The notes under the pieces: model-generated
Seen by the model: only the letters and a program-made list of their open reading frames with translations
What the model was told of the DNA's origin: nothing
Database searches by the model: none
Assembly: GCA_964609585.1 (NCBI GenBank)
Contig: CAZSRA010000002.1
Coordinates: 46,820-110,819 of the forward strand
Length of the DNA: 64,000 bases
Direction: 5' to 3'
DNA from: an uncultured Candidatus Saccharimonadales bacterium
Lineage (GTDB): Bacteria > Patescibacteriota > Saccharimonadia > UBA4664
In this document: one piece after another, positions 9,590 to 18,445 of the stretch
Position numbering within the stretch: the stretch's first letter is position 1
How the letters are laid out: each line of letters starts with the position of its first letter
Program-made: the position numbers and the translations under genes

Positions 9590-9617
9590 TCTAGACGATA
9601 TCGACGTAGCGTCTAGA
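9590..9617. promoter_or_regulatory. Nested palindrome (TCTAGACG-n12-CGTCTAGA containing CGATATCG), candidate operator upstream of the 9658 ORF
   Basis: Perfect 8-bp inverted repeat with a 12-nt spacer that is itself palindromic, ~40 nt upstream of the AGGAG Shine-Dalgarno site and ATG at 9658. Confidence 0.3.
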
Positions 9618-9657
9618 GCCACCGTGTGCACCTTCTCAAAGCCCCCCAGGAGTGATC

Positions 9658-10191
9658 ATGGAAGCCCGCCAGGCCTCACGACCCACCCACCAACTTCCCT
9701 CATGGGCCCAAAGCCTGTGCGTCACACCCGCCTATTTCCTGCGTAGAACCGAAAGGATTCAGCCTGTCTGGATCTATCACGGTGGTACTCTCATCGATGT
9801 TGGTGAGGTTGCCGTTATCGACTACGCAGACGGGCCGGTGTACTGGCTCTCCCTCCTCGGGAAATGCCTTATCGATGCGCCCGACTTCGTCGAGGACCTC
9901 AGCAGGATGGAGTGGTCCGTCTACCTTTCGGCAAGCATTGAAGACGAGTATCTGTACTGGCTTTCAATGGCCGTAACAACCTTTGATCGGGGTGACCAGT
10001 ACGCGCTTCAGTCCTGGCTGCGCGGAATGCGTGATCCCACCCTGGATGACATGGAAGGTCTGCGGGACCGACTCCTCAGAGTGATCCCACTGACCTTGCG
10101 CCAATTCGTCGACCAACGGTTTGACGAGCGAGCCTCATCCGCCGAAAGGCTGGTGAATGTACTCTATCTGCTAAGGAGGTTTGCAGGCTAG
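9658..10191 (+). CDS. Hypothetical protein, high-GC, adjacent to tRNA-Glu
   Basis: ORF track 9652..10191; I prefer ATG 9658 because the AGGAG site sits 8 nt upstream. No recognisable motifs. Confidence 0.45.
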   Translation: MEARQASRPTHQLPSWAQSLCVTPAYFLRRTERIQPVWIYHGGTLIDVGEVAVIDYADGPVYWLSLLGKCLIDAPDFVEDLSRMEWSVYLSASIEDEYLYWLSMAVTTFDRGDQYALQSWLRGMRDPTLDDMEGLRDRLLRVIPLTLRQFVDQRFDERASSAERLVNVLYLLRRFAG

Positions 10192-10300
10192 GTTTTGCGG
10201 TGGCGCTCCGGCCGGTGTATAGAAGCACCGGCCGGAGGTCAGCCCGAGTTGCTAATATTTTAGCGGTTCAGGTTGACGAGAAAACTCTTTGCCTATCCTC

Positions 10301-10329
10301 TTGAGTTTGGATGCGCAAAATGCTATTAT
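10301..10329 (+). promoter_or_regulatory. Putative sigma70 promoter for tRNA-Glu (TTGAGT, 17 nt, TATTAT)
   Basis: cTTGAGTttggatgcgcaaaatgcTATTATtt lies ~40 nt upstream of the mature tRNA 5' end. Confidence 0.45.
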
Positions 10330-10369
10330 TTACCGGTTCGAACATAATATGGCCCCATATACAACATGA

Positions 10370-10444
10370 GGTCCCATCGTCTAGCGGTTAGGACAGCGGA
10401 TTTTCATTCCGCCAACCGGGGTTCGACTCCCCGTGGGACTACCA
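10370..10444 (+). tRNA. tRNA-Glu (anticodon UUC), CCA encoded
   Basis: GGTCCCATCGTCTAGCGGTTAGGACAGCGGATTTTCATTCCGCCAACCGGGGTTCGACTCCCCGTGGGACTACCA folds as a cloverleaf: acceptor GGTCCCA/TGGGACT, D arm GTCT..GGAC, anticodon stem GCGGA/TCCGC with loop TTTTCAT (anticodon TTC), T arm CGGGG TTCGACT CCCCG. The 5' sequence is very similar to bacterial tRNA-Glu. Confidence 0.9.
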
Positions 10445-10454
10445 AAGAAGACTC

Positions 10455-10480
10455 AGAAGACGCTTCCGGGTCTTTTTTGT
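10455..10480 (+). terminator. Weak hairpin plus T6 run downstream of tRNA-Glu
   Basis: aagacgcttccgggtcttttttg: imperfect 6-7 bp stem followed by TTTTTT. Confidence 0.3.
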
Positions 10481-10569
10481 TATTTGCGAACCTGTATCAT
10501 CAAGCGCTTGGGCTAAACAAGACGAAGCCCCCTTGATGTGATCTCGGGGGCCTTTCGTTCGTCTGAGAG

Positions 10570-10950
10570 TCAGTTGCCGGGGCGGGCGCAGTTGGCATGA
10601 CCGCACGGCGGCAGCTCACCGGAAACCACTTGGCGCATGACATCGAGCACCTTCATGGTCGCCTCCAGCAAGGCGCCGTTGAGGATCTCGAACAGGCACT
10701 TGGCGGTCTCTCCGCTGGTGATGATGCCCGCGATACCACGCAGGTGCAACGCGACCGCCTGACGAACCTCTGTCGCGATCTCGAGCTGGAGATCGGGGGG
10801 GAAGGACAGGTACCGCTCCTGGAGCGGCTGCGGCGGTGTCCAGCTGAACTGTCCCACGGCGGGGTCGTCGATGGTGAAGGTGAAGCTCAAGGTGATCACT
10901 CCCTTGGGTAGGGGCGGACGAACGAAAAATAAGCCAATGAGCAGGGCCAT
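10570..10950 (-). CDS. Hypothetical protein (orphan, high GC) immediately downstream of tRNA-Glu
   Basis: 126-aa ORF with no recognisable domain. Its GC is clearly higher than the AT-rich flank at 10950-11130. Confidence 0.35.
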   Translation of the reverse strand: MALLIGLFFVRPPLPKGVITLSFTFTIDDPAVGQFSWTPPQPLQERYLSFPPDLQLEIATEVRQAVALHLRGIAGIITSGETAKCLFEILNGALLEATMKVLDVMRQVVSGELPPCGHANCARPGN

Positions 10951-11104
10951 TAGCTTAATCTAGCATAACATAATTTAATATTTTAGTCAATTTTGGACTC
11001 TTGCATTCCGCTTTAGGCTCCACTCCCTGCGGGAATGCCTTTAAAGCAGTTGTACCTCTTAGCGTGTCGTACCACTCGGCTAGCTCCTATAAGATATAGT
11101 TCCA

Positions 11105-11126
11105 GTTCGCTACCAGGTGGACTACC
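11105..11126 (+). repeat. Degenerate copy of the tRNA-Glu 3' end (possible relic attachment-site repeat)
   Basis: gttcgctaccaggtggactacc versus the tRNA 3' end gttcgactccccgtgggactacc, about 19 of 23 positions by eye, ~680 bp downstream of the tRNA. Confidence 0.2.
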
Positions 11127-11137
11127 GGGAATTATTT

Positions 11138-11167
11138 AAAAACAGGCTCAACTGGGGCCTGTTTTTG
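11138..11167. terminator. Bidirectional intrinsic terminator (ends the 11199..11837 gene)
   Basis: aaaaAACAGGCtcaactggggGCCTGTTttt: 7-bp stem flanked by an A-run and a T-run. Confidence 0.5.
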
Positions 11168-11198
11168 CGTATCATGGGTATAGATCCAGGTGAGCTTG

Positions 11199-11837
11199 CT
11201 AATGTGTGGTCAACGTTTGCACCGAGAATCCGGGGCAAGCCTGGGTGGCAAGCGAAACGAGCAGCGCGGCGGTTTGGTTTGGCGGGTAGACTTTGAGGTT
11301 GGTAGAGGTGGTGCTGCAGGTGCCAGGGGCAAAGTTGCCGGCGTCGGGGAAGCCAACGGCTGACGCGGCCGAAGCACCGGGCGCAAGGGTGATGAGCGCC
11401 CCAGCGGCACCGTCGCGCGCGGCGGGCGAACCAAGCTGCGTGCCGGCGGCATCGACGAGCGACACGCCGGGGAAACCTTGGACGGTACAAGTGGTGGTGC
11501 CGCGATTGGTGAGGATGAGCTGGCGGTATTGAGTGCCGGCAGTGCCGCCGCCGGTAGCGTCGAGGGAGCCGGCGAGGCTTGCGGTGGAGCATTCGGTGAT
11601 GGGCGTTGAGGTCGGGATTGGGGCTGAAGGAGTTGGTGTGGACGTTGGACTTGGCGAGGCCGCAATACTTGGACTGGGGGTGGGAGTGGGAGCGTTGGAG
11701 GCATGACGATGGTCGCCGTGGTAGATAGCGTATGCCAAGACTAAGAAGACAAAGAACGCAACTGCGATAATCGTTAGCCTACTGAGTGTGAGCCAGTTTG
11801 AGCTGGAAGCTTTTTTCGTTTGCGACTTTTTTGCCAT
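11199..11837 (-). CDS. Membrane-anchored secreted protein: N-terminal TM, Pro/Thr/Ser-rich linker, DUF4232-like C-terminal domain
   Basis: MAKKSQTKKASSSNWLTLSRLTIIAVAFFVFLVLAYAIY, then TPTPSPSIAASPSPTSTPTPSAPIPTSTP, then a Cys-containing beta-rich domain (CTVQGFPGVSLVDAAG...GTCSTTSTNLKVYPP...QACPGF) resembling DUF4232. Confidence 0.55.
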   Translation of the reverse strand: MAKKSQTKKASSSNWLTLSRLTIIAVAFFVFLVLAYAIYHGDHRHASNAPTPTPSPSIAASPSPTSTPTPSAPIPTSTPITECSTASLAGSLDATGGGTAGTQYRQLILTNRGTTTCTVQGFPGVSLVDAAGTQLGSPAARDGAAGALITLAPGASAASAVGFPDAGNFAPGTCSTTSTNLKVYPPNQTAALLVSLATQACPGFSVQTLTTH

Positions 11838-11920
11838 ACCTACGTACCTTTAAGTTGCTTAATGGTTATGCTTTTAAAATTAGGCTGATTTCCCGGAAAA
11901 ACAAGTGCGCGCGGCACTCG

Positions 11921-13150
11921 CTATAGGCACCCGCTCGTAATGGGTCCGGCGGTGGCATAGACATTCTGAGCGTCAACTTCGATGAGACGAACGGTAATCG
12001 AATACATGTCGCCGCCATTTAGATGAGGCATGCGAATGTACGAGGTGTCGGTGTCGCTGCCCGCAACGGTGAAGTCGTGGGTGGTACTTGCATAAAGGGT
12101 GGCTCCGCCGGAAGAGCCACTTGTGATGGTATAAACGGCCTCAACGCTGCCACTGCCATTTACACTAAAAGGCGCTTGCAAAACCATGCTGCACTCATTT
12201 GTAAAAATGCCGTCTTGGCTGTTTGAACTTGATAGGGTGCCGGGCGTGATAGTGGACATGTAGGGCGGATCCAGGCTCTGGTGTAGTGCCTGGGGAGCGG
12301 CGCAGCTGCTAATGACAGTGGGACCAGCTGTGGTAGTGATGGCCCCGTTGGCTTGGCTGGTGATGGTGACGCTCACACGATAGCTATCCCCGGCTTCGAG
12401 GCCCTGGGCGGTATCGTGTTGGGCGTCGGTCTTGCTGCCGGCAGCGCTGAAATTGTAGACGACGGGATTGTCGATGTAGCTGCTGGTTTTGGTGCTGAGC
12501 ACTTTCCATACGACGGCGACACTGCCGCTGCCGTTAGTGGTAAAGGTGACGGATTGGTTCAGCGCGCAGCTTGTAGCGTTGTATGGGCTGGAAGTGGCCG
12601 AAAATGCGGTGACGGCGATGGCGCTCATGGGGCCGGGCGGAGGGGGCGTTGGAGTGGGTGCTGGGGTGGATGTTGGGGCTGGGCTCCTCGTGGGCGTGGG
12701 GCTGGGTGTGCCCGGTTTTGGTACGGGCGACGGAGTGGGTGATGCGTTTTGCTGAAGGGCTTGTTGTTGAAGAGCGGCAATTTGGCTGGACGCAGCTTTT
12801 GCACTCGTATTTTGGAGAGTTTTTAAGAGGCTTAGCGCCGCTTCAGGATTATGCTGGCGCAAGAGTTCTTGGACGCGTTGGAGCTTAGTGTTGTTATCTA
12901 TGAGCGCCGCATTACGTGACTGCTCGGTTTTGATTTGGCTCTGGAGACTGGGGAGGAGGAGAATCTGGCGGATTGACTGAAGCGCTTGGCGAGCGCTCGC
13001 GTAATTTCCAGCTTGATCTTGCTTTTGGGCTTTGATGAGGCTCGCTTCGGCAGTGTAATTGTGCCAGCCAAGGAGGAGAAAGGTCGCTATGAGGACGATG
13101 CTCAGGCTGAGTATGAGGATTAATTTTCGGGGTATTTTTTTTCGACTCAT
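11921..13150 (-). CDS. Membrane-anchored surface protein with Q-rich coiled region, PT-rich linker and two tandem ~110-aa beta-rich repeat domains
   Basis: N-terminal TM (LILILSLSIVLIATFLLLGW); SPTPSPVPKPGTPSPTPTRSPAPTSTPAPTPTPPPPGP; internal repeat VTFTTNGSGSVAVVWKV...SYRVSVTITS...TAGPTVISSC versus APFSVNGSGSVEAVYTIT...MYSITVRLIE...ATAGPITSGCL. Confidence 0.6.
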   Translation of the reverse strand: MSRKKIPRKLILILSLSIVLIATFLLLGWHNYTAEASLIKAQKQDQAGNYASARQALQSIRQILLLPSLQSQIKTEQSRNAALIDNNTKLQRVQELLRQHNPEAALSLLKTLQNTSAKAASSQIAALQQQALQQNASPTPSPVPKPGTPSPTPTRSPAPTSTPAPTPTPPPPGPMSAIAVTAFSATSSPYNATSCALNQSVTFTTNGSGSVAVVWKVLSTKTSSYIDNPVVYNFSAAGSKTDAQHDTAQGLEAGDSYRVSVTITSQANGAITTTAGPTVISSCAAPQALHQSLDPPYMSTITPGTLSSSNSQDGIFTNECSMVLQAPFSVNGSGSVEAVYTITSGSSGGATLYASTTHDFTVAGSDTDTSYIRMPHLNGGDMYSITVRLIEVDAQNVYATAGPITSGCL

Positions 13151-13193
13151 AAGCGTGGGCGGATGTGGGTTTATTATACCTTATACTAGAGGC

Positions 13194-14249
13194 ATGAACG
13201 ACACATCTTCACTCATCCGGCTTCCTGGTCTTATTGATATTCACGTGCATTTGCGCGACCCTGGGCAAACGCATAAGGAAGATTTTTTTACCGGAACGAG
13301 CGCGGCATTGGCCGGCGGGTTTACCCGGGTATTTGATATGCCAAATAACGCTGTGGCCGTGACGACGCCCGAGGTGCTAGACGGAAAACTCGCGAGTGCA
13401 CGGGGACAAATTGTGAGCGATTTGGGCGTATATTATGGCTCGCTGGGCGATAATGTGGAGACGTTTGCGGGGGTGCAGGACCGGGTGCGGGGGCTCAAAT
13501 TGTACCTAAATGTGACGACGGGCGGGTACAAGATTGATGCGGCGTATTTGACGAAGATTTTTACGGCCTGGCGCAATAATGAAAAACCGATTTTGCTACA
13601 CGCGGAGGCGGATGTGATTGGCGTGGCGCTCGGGGTGGCGCGCGAGACAGGCCAGAAAGTGCACGTATGCCATGTGTCTTGCCGAGCGGAGCTTGAGCCG
13701 ATCTTGCAGGCAAAACGTGAGGGCGTGGACGTGACATGCGGGGTGACGCCGCATCATTTGTTCTTGACGGAGACGGACCGGGAGCGGCTGGGGAATTTTG
13801 GTGCGGTGAAGCCGGAGCTTAAATCCCAGAAGGATCTGGACTTTTTGTGGGAGCATTTTGACGAGATTGATGTGGTGGAATCGGACCACGCGCCGCACAC
13901 GACAGCAGAGAAAGAGCAGGGCACGTTTGGGTTTCCGGGGCTGGAGACGACATTGCCGCTACTCTTGCAAGCTGAGCGCGAGGGCAAGCTTACGCGCGCA
14001 GATATTTTGGCAAAGTTGGACGAAGGGCCACGGCGGATTTTGGGGCTGCCGGCCGAGGCAGATACGTTTGTGGAAGTGGAGCCAGTGGAGTTTGAAATTA
14101 ACGCTAAAGGTATGAAATCAAAAGCCGCCTGGACGCCGTTTGAGGGGCGGACAGGCTTTGGGCGGGTGAAACGGGTGACGCTACACGGGGCGGTAGCGTT
14201 CGAGGATGGAGAGGTGCTCGCTGTACCCGGGAGTGGACGGCTGCTTTAA
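13194..14249 (+). CDS. pyrC: Dihydroorotase
   Basis: LPGLIDIHVHLRDPGQTHKEDFFTGTSAALAGGFTRVFDMPN...DVVESDHAPHT (amidohydrolase metal ligands HxH and DHAPH). Start placed at ATG 13194 (AGAGG upstream); the ORF track begins at 13059 inside the divergent gene. Confidence 0.85.
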   Translation: MNDTSSLIRLPGLIDIHVHLRDPGQTHKEDFFTGTSAALAGGFTRVFDMPNNAVAVTTPEVLDGKLASARGQIVSDLGVYYGSLGDNVETFAGVQDRVRGLKLYLNVTTGGYKIDAAYLTKIFTAWRNNEKPILLHAEADVIGVALGVARETGQKVHVCHVSCRAELEPILQAKREGVDVTCGVTPHHLFLTETDRERLGNFGAVKPELKSQKDLDFLWEHFDEIDVVESDHAPHTTAEKEQGTFGFPGLETTLPLLLQAEREGKLTRADILAKLDEGPRRILGLPAEADTFVEVEPVEFEINAKGMKSKAAWTPFEGRTGFGRVKRVTLHGAVAFEDGEVLAVPGSGRLL

Positions 14250-14338
14250 GAGGCCTTCTTAAGCTTGGAGTCGTCAAGACGGGCTTTGATTTTAGCTACA
14301 TTACCTCTTTTTGGGAGGTGTCTTAAAAAGAGGTGAAT

Positions 14339-15766
14339 ATGATCAGGAACATGAGAGAAACACTGCGACGTCATCGTTGGGCCGCAGGTGTAATTAGTGC
14401 ATCGACGCTCGTGATGGTGTATTACGAGCTTACGGGTTATGCTCATTTTTTGTGGCCGGTGTTGGATTTGGGGCTGTTTAACCGGCATTTGTGGGGCCTG
14501 GCTCATTTTAGTTTGAGCGCAAATCCGCTCAAAGGTATCAATCTTTTGGCCGATCACGCTCATTTTATCTTGGTGGGATTGGTGCCGTTTTATTGGATCT
14601 GGCCAAGCCCGGTGGTCCTGCTCGTAGCGCAGGCTTTGGCCGTAGGGTTGAGCGGTATCCCCTTCTATTTGTTGGCCCGGCGGGTGACGGGTTCGCGACT
14701 AGCGGCGACGTTGTGGCTGCTGCCTTACTACAGCTATTTTGGGTTTTGGGCTATGCTGGGCTACCCGTTTCATGAGGTGGCGCTAGCGGTGCCGCTTTTA
14801 ATGCTCGCTTTGTACTGGCTCGTGACCGGTCGGTACGTGGCAATGGCGGTGAGTTTGATGGCCCTGATGCTCGTGAAGGAAGATATGCCGCTAGTAGTGA
14901 TCATGTTTGGCCTCTATCTGCTCGTGATTAAGCGGCACTGGAAATTGGGTTTGGGTTTAATGGTGGTGGCTGCAGGTTATTTCGGCTGGTTGATGGACTT
15001 CTGGTTTCCGCTTATGAATCACGGGACTTATATTTATGACAACACTTCGTTTGGGCACGGGTTTGGCGGCATTGTGCGGGCAGTATTTTTGCGGCCAGTG
15101 GCGTTTGTGCAGGCGTTGTTTCTACCGGCGACGAAGCTGCGCACTGTTGGGCTTATGCTGATGTCGTTTGGGGTGGTTTTGCCGCTTTTGGGGCTAGAGT
15201 TTTTCCTATTGATTATCCCTTTGTGGCTGGGACGTTTCCTAAGTACTCAAGACTGGCGATGGTCCCCCACCGAGCACTATTCGGCCGACCAGGGGCCGAT
15301 TTTGGCAGTAGCGGCCGTAGTGGGTGGAGCCCGGGTGTTGGGCTGGCTCCCCAAGATACCGCGGCGATGGGGATGGTCGGCGCTCGTGGGAATTTGTCTG
15401 ATCGGCAGCCTATACCCAGCGCTGAGCGATCGACCGCATTATCTTGGCTATCTGTTTGAACGGCATTTTGAGGAAACGACGGCCGCTGACGTTTCGGTAA
15501 ATGAGGCGATGAAGTTGATACCAAAAGATGCGTCAGTGGGGGTGCAATCGGCTTTTCCGCAGCTTACGAGTCGAGAACAGGCTTATAATCTGCCGGTGGA
15601 TCTTACAAAAACGCGACCGGACTATCTCCTAATGGGTCTGCCGTTTGATTTTTATGGTTTTAGCTCGCAGCAAGCCATTATGGATTACGTTACTGCGGCC
15701 GAGCAGCACGGAGGATACCGAGGTGTTTATGACCGGAATGGGGTTTTCTTGCTTAAACGCGACTAG
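14339..15766 (+). CDS. Polytopic membrane protein (possibly DUF2079-like), embedded between pyrC and pyrD
   Basis: About 475 aa with 10 or more hydrophobic helices. An AAGAGGTG Shine-Dalgarno site precedes ATG 14339. The 3' end overlaps convergent pyrD by 14 nt. Confidence 0.5.
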   Translation: MIRNMRETLRRHRWAAGVISASTLVMVYYELTGYAHFLWPVLDLGLFNRHLWGLAHFSLSANPLKGINLLADHAHFILVGLVPFYWIWPSPVVLLVAQALAVGLSGIPFYLLARRVTGSRLAATLWLLPYYSYFGFWAMLGYPFHEVALAVPLLMLALYWLVTGRYVAMAVSLMALMLVKEDMPLVVIMFGLYLLVIKRHWKLGLGLMVVAAGYFGWLMDFWFPLMNHGTYIYDNTSFGHGFGGIVRAVFLRPVAFVQALFLPATKLRTVGLMLMSFGVVLPLLGLEFFLLIIPLWLGRFLSTQDWRWSPTEHYSADQGPILAVAAVVGGARVLGWLPKIPRRWGWSALVGICLIGSLYPALSDRPHYLGYLFERHFEETTAADVSVNEAMKLIPKDASVGVQSAFPQLTSREQAYNLPVDLTKTRPDYLLMGLPFDFYGFSSQQAIMDYVTAAEQHGGYRGVYDRNGVFLLKRD

Positions 15767-16859
15767 CTTGTGAAGCTTTAATGTCCATCGCGAGGTCCGG
15801 ATTCCACATGGCGCCGGTGGCGGACTGGACGAGGTTGGCCCCGGCTTTGATGTACTCATGATAATCGGCTGGGTTCATAACGCCACCAACGCCAATGATT
15901 TCGTATTTGAGGTCGAGCTTAGTGCGGAGGACGGCAAGGCGGCGGACCATATCGAGGCCGGCCCATTTGATACTGGCTCCGCAAAGTCCGCTTTTGAGGC
16001 GGCCGGCGCCGGGAAGGGCTTGCTCCCCTTTTTCATTAACTATTGGGGCGGCGATGGTGTTGATGGCAGCGATCCCATCGACGTAGGGAGCCATTTTGCG
16101 CACGACGGTTTCGAGGAGATCTTGCTGCTCGGGGCTGTAATAGCCGATTTTAACGAGTAGCGGCGTGGGTCCGGCGGCCACTTTGGCGCGGCGACAGATC
16201 TCCTCCACGGCCTCGGGGTTATAGCAAATGACACCTTCGCTGGCGACGTTTGGGCATGAAAGATTGAGCTCGATGGCGCGCGCTCCGGCCTTTGCAGCCA
16301 TTCTCGTGACTGTGGCAAAATCGTCATAATATTCGGTTTCGGTGAAGCCGGGCTGGATAGTGCCCTGGACACTCATAATTACAAGTTGGCCGCGGTTGAC
16401 GGCGGCGAGGGTTTTTTTGAAGTCGCTCATCCAAAAGTCGGGGCCACGCGAGGGCACACCAAAGGAGTTGGTGATCGTGAATTCCTGAGTTGGCCGGGTC
16501 GTAGTGGTGCGGCCCACGAGCGGGCGAGCGGCTTTTTCGAGGGTGAGATCACCTTCGACGTCCACGTAAAGAACATTCGGGAAGGCGTTGACCTCGAAGG
16601 CCACGCTGCGTTGAGTTTTGTAGGTAATAACATCGAAGCCTTTTACGAGGGCGGCGATGACGTATTTGGCGTTCAAGAGTGGGCCGGCCGGAATGCCAAA
16701 GGGCAGGTAAATGGGGGCACCTAGGAATTCAAATTTGGGACGGCCAGAGTTATGAAACGGTATGGGGGCGGCAAAATCGCCGAAGGGGCCATGGTCGAAA
16801 TTGTCGGCATAGGATTTGGCCGGATCATAGATGGGTGGTTGGCTTTGGAGAGTTGACAT
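15753..16859 (-). CDS. pyrD: Dihydroorotate dehydrogenase (class 1-like, with N-terminal extension)
   Basis: ELNLSCPN motif, FMN-binding TIM-barrel pattern (GIAAINTIA...GVGGV), 368 aa. Confidence 0.8.
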   Translation of the reverse strand: MSTLQSQPPIYDPAKSYADNFDHGPFGDFAAPIPFHNSGRPKFEFLGAPIYLPFGIPAGPLLNAKYVIAALVKGFDVITYKTQRSVAFEVNAFPNVLYVDVEGDLTLEKAARPLVGRTTTTRPTQEFTITNSFGVPSRGPDFWMSDFKKTLAAVNRGQLVIMSVQGTIQPGFTETEYYDDFATVTRMAAKAGARAIELNLSCPNVASEGVICYNPEAVEEICRRAKVAAGPTPLLVKIGYYSPEQQDLLETVVRKMAPYVDGIAAINTIAAPIVNEKGEQALPGAGRLKSGLCGASIKWAGLDMVRRLAVLRTKLDLKYEIIGVGGVMNPADYHEYIKAGANLVQSATGAMWNPDLAMDIKASQASRV

Positions 16860-16877
16860 GGTACCTTAAATGGTAGC

Positions 16878-17720
16878 ATGAATCTGGACGACGGCAGAAA
16901 CGAGAATTTTGTCGCTAAGCTGACGCAATCGGTGGAGCGATCGAATTCGCTGTTGTGCGTGGGACTGGATCCAGGTTTTTCGAAATTGCCGGCGGCAACG
17001 CGGGATCAGTTTGAGTTTAATAAAGCTATTATCGACGCTACGCACGATTTGGTATGTGCGTATAAGCCGAATCCCGCATTTTACGAGGCGCGGGGAGCTG
17101 AGGGTGTGGCGGCGCTGAAGCGCACATGCGACTACATTAAGGCCGAGTATCCAGAGGTGCCGATTATTGTGGATGCGAAGCGCGGCGACATTGGCAATAC
17201 GAACGCTGGGTATGTGGAGTATGTGTTTGATTATTTGGGTGCCGATGCCGTGACAGTGGCGCCTTACATGGGTTCGGAGTCGCTGGGGAAATTTTTGGAG
17301 CGTGGCGATAAAGGCATTATTGTGCTGTGTCGAACTTCGAATCCGGGGGCGGCGGAGTTCCAGGATTTGCTGGTAGAGGGCGAGAAGTTGTACGTGCATG
17401 TAGCGCGGCAAGTCGTGAACACCTGGAATGAGCGCGGCAATTGCCTGCTCGTGGTGGGGGCAACGTATCCGGACGAGCTGCGCGAAGTACGCGAGATTGT
17501 GGGGCCGGACATGCCGCTTTTGATTCCGGGCATCGGCGCGCAGGGTGGCGACGTGGCGAGCACCATGGCGGCGGGACTCGGTGCGAGTGAGCGCGGGCTA
17601 ATCATTAGTTCGTCGCGGGGGATTATTTTTGCTTCGAGCGGAGATGATTTTGCGCGTGTAGCGCGGGCTGAGGCTAGGAAGTTGCGCGATGAGATAAATG
17701 AATATCGAAAGGGAGTTTAG
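16878..17720 (+). CDS. pyrF: Orotidine-5'-phosphate decarboxylase (long type 2)
   Basis: LLCVGLDPGFSKLP...IIVDAKRGDIGNTN...VTVAPYMG: the type-2 ODCase signature. Confidence 0.85.
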   Translation: MNLDDGRNENFVAKLTQSVERSNSLLCVGLDPGFSKLPAATRDQFEFNKAIIDATHDLVCAYKPNPAFYEARGAEGVAALKRTCDYIKAEYPEVPIIVDAKRGDIGNTNAGYVEYVFDYLGADAVTVAPYMGSESLGKFLERGDKGIIVLCRTSNPGAAEFQDLLVEGEKLYVHVARQVVNTWNERGNCLLVVGATYPDELREVREIVGPDMPLLIPGIGAQGGDVASTMAAGLGASERGLIISSSRGIIFASSGDDFARVARAEARKLRDEINEYRKGV

Positions 17721-17722
17721 CA

Positions 17723-18367
17723 ATGAAGGGTGATGAGATTAAGCAGCTACTGATTAACTGCGGTGGCTGGCTCGAAAATGATCATTTTGTGGGCACAACG
17801 GGTAACCATATGAGTACCTATATTAACAAGGACGCGCTATACCCGCATACGCAGTACGCTTCGAAATTGGGTGAGGCGATGGCGGTAGCGATGGCCGAAT
17901 GGGACCCGGAGGTAGTGGTGAGTCCGGCGCTAGGCGGGATTGTGCTCACGCAATGGTCGGCCTTTCATGTGAGCAAACTTTTGGGTCGTGAGGTGCTGGC
18001 GGTGTACGCCGAGAAGTCCGATGGGCCGGAGAAGTTTGCCTTTACCCGCGGCTACGACAAGCTGGTGGCAGGTAAGCGAGTGGTGGTGGTGGAAGATAAT
18101 TTGACCACGGGCACGTCGGTGCGAAAGGTGGTGGAACTGGCACGGGCGACGGGCGCTGAAGTGGTGGGCGTTGTGGCTATGCTCAACCGCGGTGGAGTAG
18201 ATGTGGCGGCAGTGGGCAATCCTCCACATTTTGCGGCAATTATTGAGGCCGATTTGAAGTCTTGGCCGGCTGACGAATGTGAGTTGTGCGCCAAGGGGAT
18301 ACCAGTGAATACGAAGATCGGGAAGGGGAAGAAGTTTTTGGAGGCGCAGCGCGCGGCGGGTAAGTAA
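17723..18367 (+). CDS. pyrE: Orotate phosphoribosyltransferase
   Basis: PRPP-binding motif VVVVEDNLTTGTSV; 214 aa; immediately downstream of pyrF. Confidence 0.85.
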   Translation: MKGDEIKQLLINCGGWLENDHFVGTTGNHMSTYINKDALYPHTQYASKLGEAMAVAMAEWDPEVVVSPALGGIVLTQWSAFHVSKLLGREVLAVYAEKSDGPEKFAFTRGYDKLVAGKRVVVVEDNLTTGTSVRKVVELARATGAEVVGVVAMLNRGGVDVAAVGNPPHFAAIIEADLKSWPADECELCAKGIPVNTKIGKGKKFLEAQRAAGK

Positions 18368-18445
18368 GGTCTGATCTTCCAAAAAATGGCAATGCACCGT
18401 AGAAATTCGGGTGGTCATTTTTTAATGCGTGTATAATTTGAGCCT

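Noticed and set aside
11122-11704. Two alternative minus-strand ORFs (156 and 164 aa) overlapping the DUF4232 gene
   Set aside because: They translate to Arg/Pro/His-rich low-complexity sequence. The third frame gives a coherent signal-anchor, linker and domain protein.
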